Assembly (NCBI GenBank): GCA_021792635.1
Contig: JAJYUH010000001.1
Location: forward strand, 10,515-74,514
Direction of reading: 5' to 3'
DNA: 64,000 nucleotides
From: Natronospirales bacterium
Lineage (GTDB): Bacteria; Pseudomonadota; Gammaproteobacteria; Natronospirales; REEB76
Position numbers and translations under genes: made by a program. How positions within the stretch are numbered: position 1 is the first letter of the stretch; every line of letters starts with the position of its first letter. Under the pieces are notes generated by a model. That model saw only the letters and a list, made by a program, of their open reading frames with translations. It did no database searches and was not told the origin of the DNA. Shown here piece by piece: positions 51,906 through 61,198 of this stretch.

Positions 51906-52495
51906 GGCGGACGCCCGCTGCGCCGGCCGCGGCGCGTGAATGGCAGCATGCGCGTCAGCACATTGTCCTTGAGGATGAAGTGATGCCAGAATGCCGCGCC
52001 GATGTGAATGACAACCACCGTGAGCAGCAGCCAGGCCATGGTCTGGTGAGTCAACAGCATCCAATGCGCCAGCCGCCGGTCCGGTGTCACCAAATTCGGC
52101 AGGGAAAACAGTCCGAACCAGCTCACCGTCAGGCTGGAAGCGGAGGACAGCAGCCATCCGACAATCGGCATGGCCAGCAGCAACGCGTATAGCAGGCCGT
52201 GGGACAGACGTGCCGCCGTCCGCAGCGGCGCCTGCGATGGCTGCGGCGGAGGTGACGAGTACATCCGCCACGCCAACCGCAGGATGACCAGGGCGAAGAG
52301 GGTCAGCCCGAGGGATTTGTGGCGGGCCAACAGGATCAGCCGTTCCAGGCTGAGCGGCAGACTGGCCGCTTTCACACCGAACACGAACTGCACGGTCACC
52401 AGCGCTGCAATCAGCCAGTGCAGCGTCTGTGCCACAATCCCGTAGCGTTCGGGTGTGTTCCTGAGCGGAATAGCATGCCCGGTCGAACGGTCCAT
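51902..52495 (-). CDS. Cytochrome b561 (YceJ-like)
   Basis: RYGIVAQTLHW, HKSLG, HGLLY and HIGAAFWHH heme-ligand motifs. Confidence 0.92.
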   Translation of the reverse strand: MDRSTGHAIPLRNTPERYGIVAQTLHWLIAALVTVQFVFGVKAASLPLSLERLILLARHKSLGLTLFALVILRLAWRMYSSPPPQPSQAPLRTAARLSHGLLYALLLAMPIVGWLLSSASSLTVSWFGLFSLPNLVTPDRRLAHWMLLTHQTMAWLLLTVVVIHIGAAFWHHFILKDNVLTRMLPFTRRGRRSGRPP

Positions 52496-52579
52496 GGGAG
52501 TCAGCTCTTCCGCCATTGAGCCGCATACTGCATGCACCTGAAACCCCGCTGCCCGCTGCTACTTCTGGAGATTAATAAC

Positions 52580-53311
52580 ATGAAGCTACCAAAAATTATG
52601 GCTCTGTGCGAAAGCGTGCTCCGCCAGATAACGCTTGGGGCATTGCTCGCGGGTCTGGCGGGCTGCGCAGGTGTGGCGGCCCCGCCACGCAGCAGTGTTC
52701 CGGCCCTGCCTGCGCTTGCGCCCCTCGTAACGACGGGCGCCACCCACTATGTCATCCTCTCCGATCTGTCGGACGTGCGCTTTCTGGTGTATCGCAGAGG
52801 GCCGCTGGCGGCCTTCGGCCACAACCATGTGATACGCGCCGGCAGCGTCCGGGGTGATATCTACCTCAACCATAATTTCGAATTATCCGGTTTTGCCCTG
52901 ACCCTGCCGGTAGCCGGTTTCCGCGTGGATGAGCCGGCGGACCGGGCGGTGGAAGGTGCTGCATTTGCCACGCAACCTCCGGCCGCGGCGATTGCCGGAA
53001 CCGTAAAACACATGCTCGGACCGGCAGTGCTCGACGCGGCGCGTTACCCGGACATCCGCGTGCGCTCGGTAGGGCTCGTTGGACCCGAGTGGGGGCCTGA
53101 GGTCACAATACGCATCGAGTTGCGTGGTACGCACCGTGAGCTGACCGTGCCCATAGCACTCAACAAATGCGGCGAACGCTTGACTGCCACCGGCACGTTT
53201 CAATTCCGTCAAGCCGATTTTGGCATCAAGCCGTTCAGCATCCTGGGCGGCGGTTTGCGGGTGGCCGATACGGTTACAGTCCGTTTCCATATCATCGCCC
53301 AACGCAGCTGA
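52580..53311 (+). CDS. YceI-like lipoprotein
   Basis: GGAG RBS, lipobox LAGC, GHNHVI and QADFGIKPFS..GG.L.VAD motifs. Confidence 0.85.
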   Translation: MKLPKIMALCESVLRQITLGALLAGLAGCAGVAAPPRSSVPALPALAPLVTTGATHYVILSDLSDVRFLVYRRGPLAAFGHNHVIRAGSVRGDIYLNHNFELSGFALTLPVAGFRVDEPADRAVEGAAFATQPPAAAIAGTVKHMLGPAVLDAARYPDIRVRSVGLVGPEWGPEVTIRIELRGTHRELTVPIALNKCGERLTATGTFQFRQADFGIKPFSILGGGLRVADTVTVRFHIIAQRS

Positions 53312-53508
53312 CCAGCCCCGGCCACCCGTGAGCATCTGGCGGCGGTCTCCACCCTGATCCGCGCCAGAAACTTTGACCGCTCCGGGCTTGATGGAGTTCA
53401 CCACCGGCGGCACGCGTAGAAATATGGGGATGCCGGACTCAAGCGTGGTTCAGATCCATTTACCCACACCAGCCGCAGCCATCCTCGCGGCCCGCGCAGG
53501 CAGCGACC

Positions 53509-53680
53509 GCTGTAATTGAACCATCTGTATTGCAGACAAGCGCGTGCTTGCGGAGAATGCGATCAACTGCGCGATGAACAGAGCAGAAAAATCGTCCGGA
53601 TGTGTCGCTGGGTAAGGTATTGAATAGCCGGGTGGCACGGGACCCGGTGCTCAGGCATACGCGGGAAGCGGACGGCGGGA
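53509..53680. repeat. ~175-bp imperfect direct repeat, copy B
   Basis: Homologous to 50462-50639; abuts the stop codon of the LytTR gene. Confidence 0.8.
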
Positions 53681-53681
53681 G

Positions 53682-54479
53682 CTAGCCGGGTTCGGTGACG
53701 TCAGCGAGCAGCCGGCGCACCGCGCTGCGATAGGTTATGCCGGAGGCAAAGCGCTCGCCGGTGCGCAACAGGAATTCATAGTCACCGCGCTGTCTGGGCT
53801 TCATTTCCTTCACATAGTCCAGATTGAGAATCACCGAGCGGTTGATGCGCACAAATGTCCAGCCCTCCAGCCGCTGCGCCATGTGACGAACCCGTTCGCG
53901 GATCATCGCGCGCTGCCCACTGGCGGTGTAGATGTGCAGATAATCGCCCTCCGACTCCATGTAGGTGATGTCCTCCAGATTGAGGAATTTGAGCCGGCTG
54001 CCGTCCTTGACGGTGATTCGTCCGCTGGCACGGGGTGCAAGAGAGGGTATGGGCGCGGGTGGCGTGAAAGGCATAGCCTGGTGGAGGCTACCGGACGCAG
54101 TGGTCACAGGAGCATTGTGCGCGAGCCGGGTTCTAATCTTGTCGAGCGCCTGTCGGAAACGCTCTTTGTCGAAAGGTTTTAAAAGATAGTCCACCGCATC
54201 CACCGCAAAAGCTTCCAGCGCGTGCTCGCCATACGCCGTGGTGAAGATGATGTACGGCGGTTGATCTGCCTGCAGCAAGCGGCTGAGCTGGAGCCCGGAT
54301 AATCCCGGCATTTTGATGTCCAGGAAGACCAGGTCCGGGGACAGTTGTTTCACCTTGGCAAGCGCATCCATGCCGTCACCGCTTTCTCCGGCGAGCAGCA
54401 AATCCTGCTCGTGCCTCATCAGGTCCCGTATGCGCTTGCGGGCGAGCGGTTCATCATCAGCTATGAGTACCTTGATCAT
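53682..54479 (-). CDS. LytTR-family response regulator
   Basis: DDEPLAR, FLDIKMP and AVDYLLKP receiver motifs; C-terminal LytTR domain (FVRINRSVILN). Confidence 0.95.
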   Translation of the reverse strand: MIKVLIADDEPLARKRIRDLMRHEQDLLLAGESGDGMDALAKVKQLSPDLVFLDIKMPGLSGLQLSRLLQADQPPYIIFTTAYGEHALEAFAVDAVDYLLKPFDKERFRQALDKIRTRLAHNAPVTTASGSLHQAMPFTPPAPIPSLAPRASGRITVKDGSRLKFLNLEDITYMESEGDYLHIYTASGQRAMIRERVRHMAQRLEGWTFVRINRSVILNLDYVKEMKPRQRGDYEFLLRTGERFASGITYRSAVRRLLADVTEPG

Positions 54480-54594
54480 TTCAGTTGCCTAAGATGCACG
54501 CACAGCGCCAGGACTATAGGCACGACCGTCACCCGAGCCCCGCTCAGTATAGTCAGACGGCGGCAGTTCGCGTCTGCGGGGCCCGCATCAGGTG

Positions 54595-54645
54595 TTGACT
54601 GTGCCCCAGATTTTGCTATAGTTAATTAGCAAGATATTACTTGCT
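54595..54645 (+). promoter_or_regulatory. Sigma70 promoter followed by a palindromic operator
   Basis: TTGACT-N16-TATAGT, then AGCAAG-N6-CTTGCT (54628-54645), then a GGAG RBS. Confidence 0.65.
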
Positions 54646-54665
54646 TTAATATCGGGAGATCAAGC

Positions 54666-55022
54666 ATGCTGCTTATTATTGCTGCAATTCTGTTCGCCTT
54701 GGGGGCTCTTGGGGGCTTGGTCATGGCCGTAAAGAGCTTCACAGGCGCCGTAATCCCGGTACCCCTCGCGGCCCTGCATGGCCTGCTGGGGGCCACCGGG
54801 CTGGTGCTGTTGATCGTCGCCGCGCTTCTGGGAGTGGGGGGCAATACCGGGAGGATCGCCCTCGCCGTGCTCCTGGTGGCCGCGTTGGGCGGGTTTTATC
54901 TGCTCAGCTTCCATGTCCGCAAGCAGCGGCATCCGCGGGCGGTGATTGTGATTCATGCACTGGTGGCGGTCATCGGCTTCCTCACGCTGTTGACCGCCAT
55001 CTATCAAACGGTCTTGGCTTGA
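54666..55022 (+). CDS. Small 4-TM membrane protein with an internal repeat and two His
   Basis: Two halves: LGALGG..ALHGLLGATG and LVAALGG..VIHALVAVIG. Confidence 0.8.
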   Translation: MLLIIAAILFALGALGGLVMAVKSFTGAVIPVPLAALHGLLGATGLVLLIVAALLGVGGNTGRIALAVLLVAALGGFYLLSFHVRKQRHPRAVIVIHALVAVIGFLTLLTAIYQTVLA

Positions 55023-55047
55023 GTGGAGTGGCCATGGGTATCGCCGC

Positions 55048-55503
55048 ATGAAGGGCTTGCGTATCGGCGGGCATCCGCTGCATCCGGCGCTGGTACATTT
55101 CCCGATTGCCGCCTGGACGGCGGTGCCGCTGCTGGACGTGTTGTATCTCACGCTGCGGAATCCGTTCTGGTGGCAATGCGCCTTCTGGCTGCTTGTGGTC
55201 GGTACGGGCATGGCGCTACTCACCATGGGTGCGGGTCTGTTTGATCTGCTGGCGCTACCCGTCACGCACCCGGCACAAGGTACCGCACAACGACACCTGC
55301 TGCTTATGGGCAGCGCCTGGTGTGTGTTCATCGGCGATTTGCTGCTGCACGCTCCGGGGGTGGCTCCATCGGTCCCACGCATCGTCTCGGGCTTGACACT
55401 GTCACTGGCCGGACTGGCGCTGACGCTTGCGGGAGCTTACGCCGGGGGCAAGCTGGTGTACGATTTTGGCGTGGGACAACGTGATACTCATGCTGGCAGA
55501 TAA
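55048..55503 (+). CDS. DUF2231 family membrane protein
   Basis: GHPLHPALVHFPIA start and GGKLVYDFGVG end. Confidence 0.88.
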   Translation: MKGLRIGGHPLHPALVHFPIAAWTAVPLLDVLYLTLRNPFWWQCAFWLLVVGTGMALLTMGAGLFDLLALPVTHPAQGTAQRHLLLMGSAWCVFIGDLLLHAPGVAPSVPRIVSGLTLSLAGLALTLAGAYAGGKLVYDFGVGQRDTHAGR

Positions 55504-56230
55504 AACATCTCTTCCCGCGGGCAGCATCGGGGCGCTGCCCGACACCCGCCGTGCGATTCTGCATTTGCTCAAGCAGAACGGCGCCCTGACCGCGGGCGAA
55601 GTGGCGAAACGTCTTGACGGTACGCGCGAGGCCGCGCGTCAGCAATTGCAACTGCTGGAAGAGGAGGGTTGGGTGGCACGCGCCTCCCGGACTGGAATCC
55701 CCCGCACCGGCCGGCCGGCGGTGGCCTTTTCTCTGACTCCGGCTGCCGATCATCTTTTTCCGAAGCATTACGACACGCTGTCTCTGATCCTGGTGGACAC
55801 GGTAGCCGAGCAATTCGGCGAAGAAGCGCTGGTTAAGCTGCTTACCGCGCTTACCGACCAGCAAGTCGCTCGCTGGGAGCCCAAGCTCGCCGGCAAGCCG
55901 CTTGCGGAACGCATCCGCTTATTGAAGGGGATCTACTTCGATGGTGATCCGTTTACTTCCGTGAAGCGGGATCGGTGCGGTTACATGCTGGTGGAACGCA
56001 ATTGCCCGTACCTTAGCCTGGCGATGCGCCGCCCGCGGTTGTGCAGCGTTACGGTTTCCACCCTGATACGACTGTTGGGCGTGCGTGTGGTGCGCGAAAA
56101 ACGTTTCCAGGACGGGGCCGGCCGTTGCGTGTTCCGGGTGCTGGCTGACCAGCCCGTTGATCCCGGCAGTTTCCGCTTTGCACTCGAGGAAACCAGGGAG
56201 CAACGACCGGTTGCCGCAACGATCCGGTAA
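55490..56230 (+). CDS. SufR-like winged-helix regulator with a C-terminal Cys motif
   Basis: TRRAILHLLK..AARQQLQLLEEEG..GRPA wHTH; ERNCPY...LC...GRCVF. Confidence 0.85.
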   Translation: MLADKTSLPAGSIGALPDTRRAILHLLKQNGALTAGEVAKRLDGTREAARQQLQLLEEEGWVARASRTGIPRTGRPAVAFSLTPAADHLFPKHYDTLSLILVDTVAEQFGEEALVKLLTALTDQQVARWEPKLAGKPLAERIRLLKGIYFDGDPFTSVKRDRCGYMLVERNCPYLSLAMRRPRLCSVTVSTLIRLLGVRVVREKRFQDGAGRCVFRVLADQPVDPGSFRFALEETREQRPVAATIR

Positions 56231-56285
56231 ACAATGTAGCGACGGATTGTACGCGGCGCAAATCAGGGCCGCGACCACATCGGCA

Positions 56286-57650
56286 TCAGTCCGGATTTCC
56301 GGCCTGGCGGACGCGATCCGCGGAACGCCGCCGGTAGAACAGCCAGATGAAGTACAGCGGCACACCCAGCAGCGTGATGAGAATGCTGGCGCCGGTGGAG
56401 ACCGGCTGGTGGTAAAGGGAATTGCCTACCACTGCGAAGGTGGCCAGCACAAACAGCGCGGGGATGAACGGATAACCCCATGCGCGGTAAGGCCGGGGGA
56501 AATCCGGCCGGCGTTTTCTCAGGATGAACAAGCCGATCACCGCCAATGCCAGGAACGGCCAGATACCCAGTACATAGGCCTCCGCCAACTGCATGAAATC
56601 CCGCAACAGCACATAGATGACGGCGATCACCACGATGAAGGCGATGGCGACATAGGGCGTTTCGTAACGCGGGTGCACTCGGCCGACGGTGCGGAAAAAC
56701 AGGCCATCCTCCGCCATGGCGTAGAACACCCGCGGACTCGAGAGGATGCTGCCGTTCAGGGTGCCGAACACCGAGAGCATCACCAGCGCGGCCACCAGCG
56801 AGGCGCCCGCGTGCCCCAGCACCACCGTGGCGGAATCCGCGGCCACGGATGTGGACGAGGCCAGCGCCGGCAGGGGTAACGCACGCAGATAGGCGGCGTT
56901 GATCAGGACATATACCACCAGCACCACGAGAGTGCCGCCGATGAGGGCCAGGGGCAGATTGCGCTGCGGGTTGCGTACCTCACCGGAGAGGGCAGTGAGA
57001 TTCTCCCAGCCGTCATAAGCCCAAAGGGCCGCCACCAGACCGATGCCGATACCCGGCCAGTTGGCTGCGCCCAGGGATTCCGTGTGTAACGGGTTGTGAG
57101 CACCGCCCGGCGCCAGGATAAAAATCGCCACGCTCAATCCCATGATGGCCAGCACCTTGGCGCCGGTGGAAAGGTTCTGGATCACGGCGCCGAGTTTCAC
57201 CGAGCGATAATTAGCGGCGCTTACCAGCACGATCAGAGCGGCAGCGATGAGATGGATCACGCCGACCGACAGGGGCACAAAAAAGCCCAGGTACTCGGCG
57301 AAGATCAGGCTTTGGGCCGCCCAGGAAATGGGCGTGGTCAGCAACCACATCCAGCCGAACAGGAAGGCCAACGGTTTGCCGTAGGCTTCCCGCAAGTAAA
57401 CATAGGGCCCGCCTGCTTCGGGGTACATGGCCGCCAGCTCCGCCACCGACAGGGCGCCGAACAGGGCCACCAGCCCACCCAGCACCCACACCAGGGCGAT
57501 ACCGGTGATGTTGCCGGTGACCGCGGCGATGGGCGAAGGCACGCGGAAAATGCCGCTGCCGATGATGATGCCCACCACCACCGCCATGCCGGTCCACAGG
57601 CCGAGTTTGCGAGGCAAGCTGCGTGGCGGAACTGAAGGGCTGTCCTGCAT
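56286..57650 (-). CDS. APC-family amino acid permease
   Basis: GIIIGSGIF, AGGPYVYLREAYG and LWAYDGWE motifs. Confidence 0.93.
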   Translation of the reverse strand: MQDSPSVPPRSLPRKLGLWTGMAVVVGIIIGSGIFRVPSPIAAVTGNITGIALVWVLGGLVALFGALSVAELAAMYPEAGGPYVYLREAYGKPLAFLFGWMWLLTTPISWAAQSLIFAEYLGFFVPLSVGVIHLIAAALIVLVSAANYRSVKLGAVIQNLSTGAKVLAIMGLSVAIFILAPGGAHNPLHTESLGAANWPGIGIGLVAALWAYDGWENLTALSGEVRNPQRNLPLALIGGTLVVLVVYVLINAAYLRALPLPALASSTSVAADSATVVLGHAGASLVAALVMLSVFGTLNGSILSSPRVFYAMAEDGLFFRTVGRVHPRYETPYVAIAFIVVIAVIYVLLRDFMQLAEAYVLGIWPFLALAVIGLFILRKRRPDFPRPYRAWGYPFIPALFVLATFAVVGNSLYHQPVSTGASILITLLGVPLYFIWLFYRRRSADRVRQAGNPD

Positions 57651-57778
57651 GGGTGTGCAGCCTGCCACAGACAGGTTTTGACGTCACCTATCCGATGTGG
57701 CTGTCGTGAGCCGGGCAAACCGGTATATTGAATCATTCGCCGGGCGTGCCGGTATTCCGAATGCTTTGGGAGAATCGT

Positions 57779-58177
57779 ATGGGTCTGCAGATCACTGGCA
57801 TCATGGTCGCCGCCGTGCTCATGTTCATCCTCGGCGGTATCTGGTATTCACCCGGGCTGTTCGCACATGCCTGGTCGCGGGAAACCGGCATCACCGAACA
57901 CAAGCCCACTCCCAAGAGCATGCTGCGTTTCTCCGCCGTGCTGCTGGTACTTTTGCTGCTGAGCGCGGCGATCCTAGCCTGCATCCTGGCGAATTGGCTT
58001 CCGGGCCACAATTGGCGCCACGGTTTGGCGGTGGGATTTCTGGGCGGCGTGCTGGCGACAGCGGTTGCGGGCATGAATACGCTGTTCGAGCGCAAGAGCG
58101 TGAAACTTTTTCTCATCAACGCCGGTTACTACCTCATCGGTTTCTGCATCATGGGCCTGATTCTCCCGCTGTTTTGA
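57779..58177 (+). CDS. DUF1761 family membrane protein
   Basis: LGGIWYSP.LF..W and FERKS.KLFLINAGY motifs. Confidence 0.88.
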   Translation: MGLQITGIMVAAVLMFILGGIWYSPGLFAHAWSRETGITEHKPTPKSMLRFSAVLLVLLLLSAAILACILANWLPGHNWRHGLAVGFLGGVLATAVAGMNTLFERKSVKLFLINAGYYLIGFCIMGLILPLF

Positions 58178-58333
58178 GGTATGCATGCCGCTGGATGCAT
58201 ATGACACGCCGTATTTTTACGCGACTCCCTGGCCGTATCCGGGCGCTACATTATTGCCGGTCCTGCAACCACCGGCGGCGTGCTGCGTACTGCTGAACTC
58301 GTCCCTGAGCCTGATGCCGGTGAGGAATTGAGC

Positions 58334-58774
58334 GTGATTCTCAAGGGCCAGTGTCATTGCGGCAATATTCAAATCACCTTTGAAACGGCGCAGCTGCCCG
58401 GACAGTTGCCGCTGCGCGCCTGCCAGTGCGCCTTTTGCCGTGCACACGGGGCGGTGACCGCCGCCGATCCCTCGGGAAAGCTCGCTGTCCATGTCCTGGA
58501 TCCGCGGATGCTGACGCGTTACCGTTTCGGTTCCGGCATCACGGACTTTCTGATCTGTACCCGCTGCGGCGTGTATGTGGCGGCGACCCTGGAAGTAGAT
58601 GGTGTGCTTTACGGGACACTGAACGTCAACGTGCTTGCGGAACGCGCGCGACTGACGGCCGCGCCCCGGCCGATGGACTATGGCGCTGAAACTGCGGTCA
58701 CGCGTACCCGCCGCCGCCGGCAGCACTGGACGCCCGTGGTGTGGCAGCGATCACGTACACCAGAAGCTTTCTGA
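58334..58774 (+). CDS. GFA (Zn-binding, aldehyde-activating) family protein
   Basis: GQCHCG, CQCAFC and CTRCG motifs. Confidence 0.88.
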   Translation: MILKGQCHCGNIQITFETAQLPGQLPLRACQCAFCRAHGAVTAADPSGKLAVHVLDPRMLTRYRFGSGITDFLICTRCGVYVAATLEVDGVLYGTLNVNVLAERARLTAAPRPMDYGAETAVTRTRRRRQHWTPVVWQRSRTPEAF

Positions 58775-58779
58775 ATGAA

Positions 58780-59721
58780 TCAGAACAGAAATCCCGCTCC
58801 CACGCCAAAGTAGTGTGACCAGCCGCCCAAGTTACCCGAGATCCGTTGGCCGATCTCCGCATCCACCTCAAAGCGAGGGGTGATGAGGTATTGGATGCCG
58901 CCATCCGCATCATAACCCGCACCCTGGCCCGGGCTCGTGTGATTCTGTCCATAGGCCTCCAGATAGAACTGGAAGTTCTGGGTGGTTTCCCAAGTAAGCA
59001 CCAGGTCCGGATTCACGCTCCAGTAGTACGCGCCTCCTTGAACGTCAGCGGCTTGGGCCAAATGTGTCACCCCGAGCATCAGGGTCAAGGCGACCGAGGA
59101 AGTGAGGCTGTAGCCGACGATGCCATTGACCGCATAACCCGTGGCGGCCGAACCATAGGTGGGGCTGCCGGAGGGGAGTGTAAAGAGAGTCTCACCCGCC
59201 CAGATCCAGCGGGCGTTGTAGCCGAATTCGTGCTTGATCCCCACCACCGAAGCACCTCCCCCGGTGAGGGTCTGACTGCCTCCGCCGGGCATGGGTGTCA
59301 CCTGACGGCTGATGTTGGGAGGAAGAAAGACGAATTCATTCTGGTCAGGCAGGCCGAACCGCAGTTCCCCTTGCGGGTATCCCAATGCATGTCCGCTCTG
59401 GCCCAAGAGCGTGTACCGGGCCCATCCGGTCTCCAGGACCGCATAACCGGGTTTCACCGCGCAGGCACTGTCTCCCACCGTGGGGCGATCCAGCAGAGCG
59501 AGGAGCGCACTGGGCCCCGCGCACGGATCGGAGATGCCCGACAGCGAGCCCTTGGCCCAGACGGGGCCCATCATGCCCATACCCAGGACCAGAAACAGCA
59601 GCGGCGATAACGCAGGCCGATTACCCCGACCAGCGCTGTTCAACGGCATGGGGTTGTCGTCCGGTGCGTGAATGGCAACCGGCAGCGGATACAACGGAAA
59701 GGCAGCAGGGATTTTTTTCAT
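58780..59721 (-). CDS. Outer-membrane beta-barrel transporter (MetA-pathway/transporter-like)
   Basis: DRPTVGDSAC N-terminal motif, amphipathic strands and terminal GAGFLF. ATG 59721 overlaps the cytochrome b stop; ATG 59649 is an alternative start. Confidence 0.8.
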   Translation of the reverse strand: MKKIPAAFPLYPLPVAIHAPDDNPMPLNSAGRGNRPALSPLLFLVLGMGMMGPVWAKGSLSGISDPCAGPSALLALLDRPTVGDSACAVKPGYAVLETGWARYTLLGQSGHALGYPQGELRFGLPDQNEFVFLPPNISRQVTPMPGGGSQTLTGGGASVVGIKHEFGYNARWIWAGETLFTLPSGSPTYGSAATGYAVNGIVGYSLTSSVALTLMLGVTHLAQAADVQGGAYYWSVNPDLVLTWETTQNFQFYLEAYGQNHTSPGQGAGYDADGGIQYLITPRFEVDAEIGQRISGNLGGWSHYFGVGAGFLF

Positions 59722-61157
59722 TTGAACGTCACTCGGGTGGGGACCGGCTTGGGCTCATTCAGCACGGGAAAAGCTGCCGGCAATAATAGAAAAATGATGC
59801 AGTAGGTCCCCGGTATGAGCCAGCTCACCGACTTGAGTGCGGCTTCACTCGAAGTCCACGTGAGTTTATCCAGGAGACTGATGATACCCATGATTACGCC
59901 GAAGGCAATTACAAAATATTTACGCGAACGCGGCTGGGTATAGATCCAGGACAGCACGAAGAACAGAAAGTACAATTCCGCGATGCGCTGTCCGATCTCC
60001 GCCCAAAACGGACTGGCCGGTTGCATGCCGATGTAACCCAAAGCAATGAAGCTCAGGCCGAAGGCTATCGCCAGGCCGCGGTAGGCGAGACCGCGGTAAC
60101 GCAACGATTTAATAGGGTTGCGATCGATCCAAGGCAACAAAAACGGCAAGAGGATGGACAGCGCCAACAAGGTCACTCCCAAGCTTTTGTTGGGGATGGA
60201 GCGCAGAATCGCGAAGAACGGGCCGAAATACCACAGTGGGCGGATATCTGACGGCGTGTGCATCCCATTTGCCGGCACGGAGTTTGCTGGCTCCAAGAAC
60301 AAGCCGTGCAGACCGGGCGAGAAAAAGATGATGGCCGCAAAGATCGCCAGGAATACCGTCACCCCGACGATGTCCTTGATGGTGTAGTACGGATGGAACG
60401 GGATGCCGTCCAGCGGAAGGCCGTTGGCGTCCTTGTGTTCCTTGATCTCGATACCGTCCGGATTATTGGAACCCACTTCATGCAGCGCCACCAGGTGGAA
60501 CACCACCAGCCCGACCAGCACCAGCGGCACCGCCACGATATGCAGTGCGAAAAAACGGTTGAGGGTGATACCGGAAACCGCATAGTCGCCGCGCAGCCAC
60601 TGCTCCAATCCGTGACCGATACCGGGAATGACGCCGAACAGCGAAATAATCACTTGCGCACCCCAGTAGGACATCTGTCCCCAGGGCAGCAGGTAGCCGG
60701 TGAAGGCTTCGGCCATCAGCGCCACATAAATCAGCATGCCGAAGATCCACAAAAGCTCGCGCGGCTTTTTGTAGGAACCGTAGATCACGCCGCGGAACAT
60801 GTGCAGGTACACCACCACGAAGAACAGGGAGGCGCCCACCGAGTGCAGGTAGCGGATCAGCCAGCCCCAGTTCACATCGCGCATGATGTACTGCACCGAG
60901 GCAAACGCCTCCGTGGCCGAGGGCTGGTAGTTCATGGCGAGGAAGATGCCGGTGACAATCTGATTCACCAGGATCAGCAGCGCGATGGAGCCGAAGAAAT
61001 ACCAGAAGTTGAAGTTCTTGGGGGCGTAGTACTGGGCCACCTGCTCGTTCCAGAGCTTGCTCATGGGGAAGCGCGCATCAATCCAGTCAAGCAGTTTGCG
61101 TAACCATGCATCCATGGCGTCGATAAGATCACGCATTTCCGTTTCGTTCTGCTTCAT
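59718..61157 (-). CDS. petB: Cytochrome b of the bc1-complex type, stand-alone, with a C-terminal membrane extension
   Basis: YYAPKNFNFWYFFG, GWLIRYLH..GAS...YLHM.RG, LPWGQMSYWGAQVI, RFFALH and FHLVALH motifs; all four heme His present. Confidence 0.95.
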   Translation of the reverse strand: MKQNETEMRDLIDAMDAWLRKLLDWIDARFPMSKLWNEQVAQYYAPKNFNFWYFFGSIALLILVNQIVTGIFLAMNYQPSATEAFASVQYIMRDVNWGWLIRYLHSVGASLFFVVVYLHMFRGVIYGSYKKPRELLWIFGMLIYVALMAEAFTGYLLPWGQMSYWGAQVIISLFGVIPGIGHGLEQWLRGDYAVSGITLNRFFALHIVAVPLVLVGLVVFHLVALHEVGSNNPDGIEIKEHKDANGLPLDGIPFHPYYTIKDIVGVTVFLAIFAAIIFFSPGLHGLFLEPANSVPANGMHTPSDIRPLWYFGPFFAILRSIPNKSLGVTLLALSILLPFLLPWIDRNPIKSLRYRGLAYRGLAIAFGLSFIALGYIGMQPASPFWAEIGQRIAELYFLFFVLSWIYTQPRSRKYFVIAFGVIMGIISLLDKLTWTSSEAALKSVSWLIPGTYCIIFLLLPAAFPVLNEPKPVPTRVTFK

Positions 61158-61198
61158 GTAGTGCTCTTTTCATCGGTACTCGCGGCAACTTCAATCAT

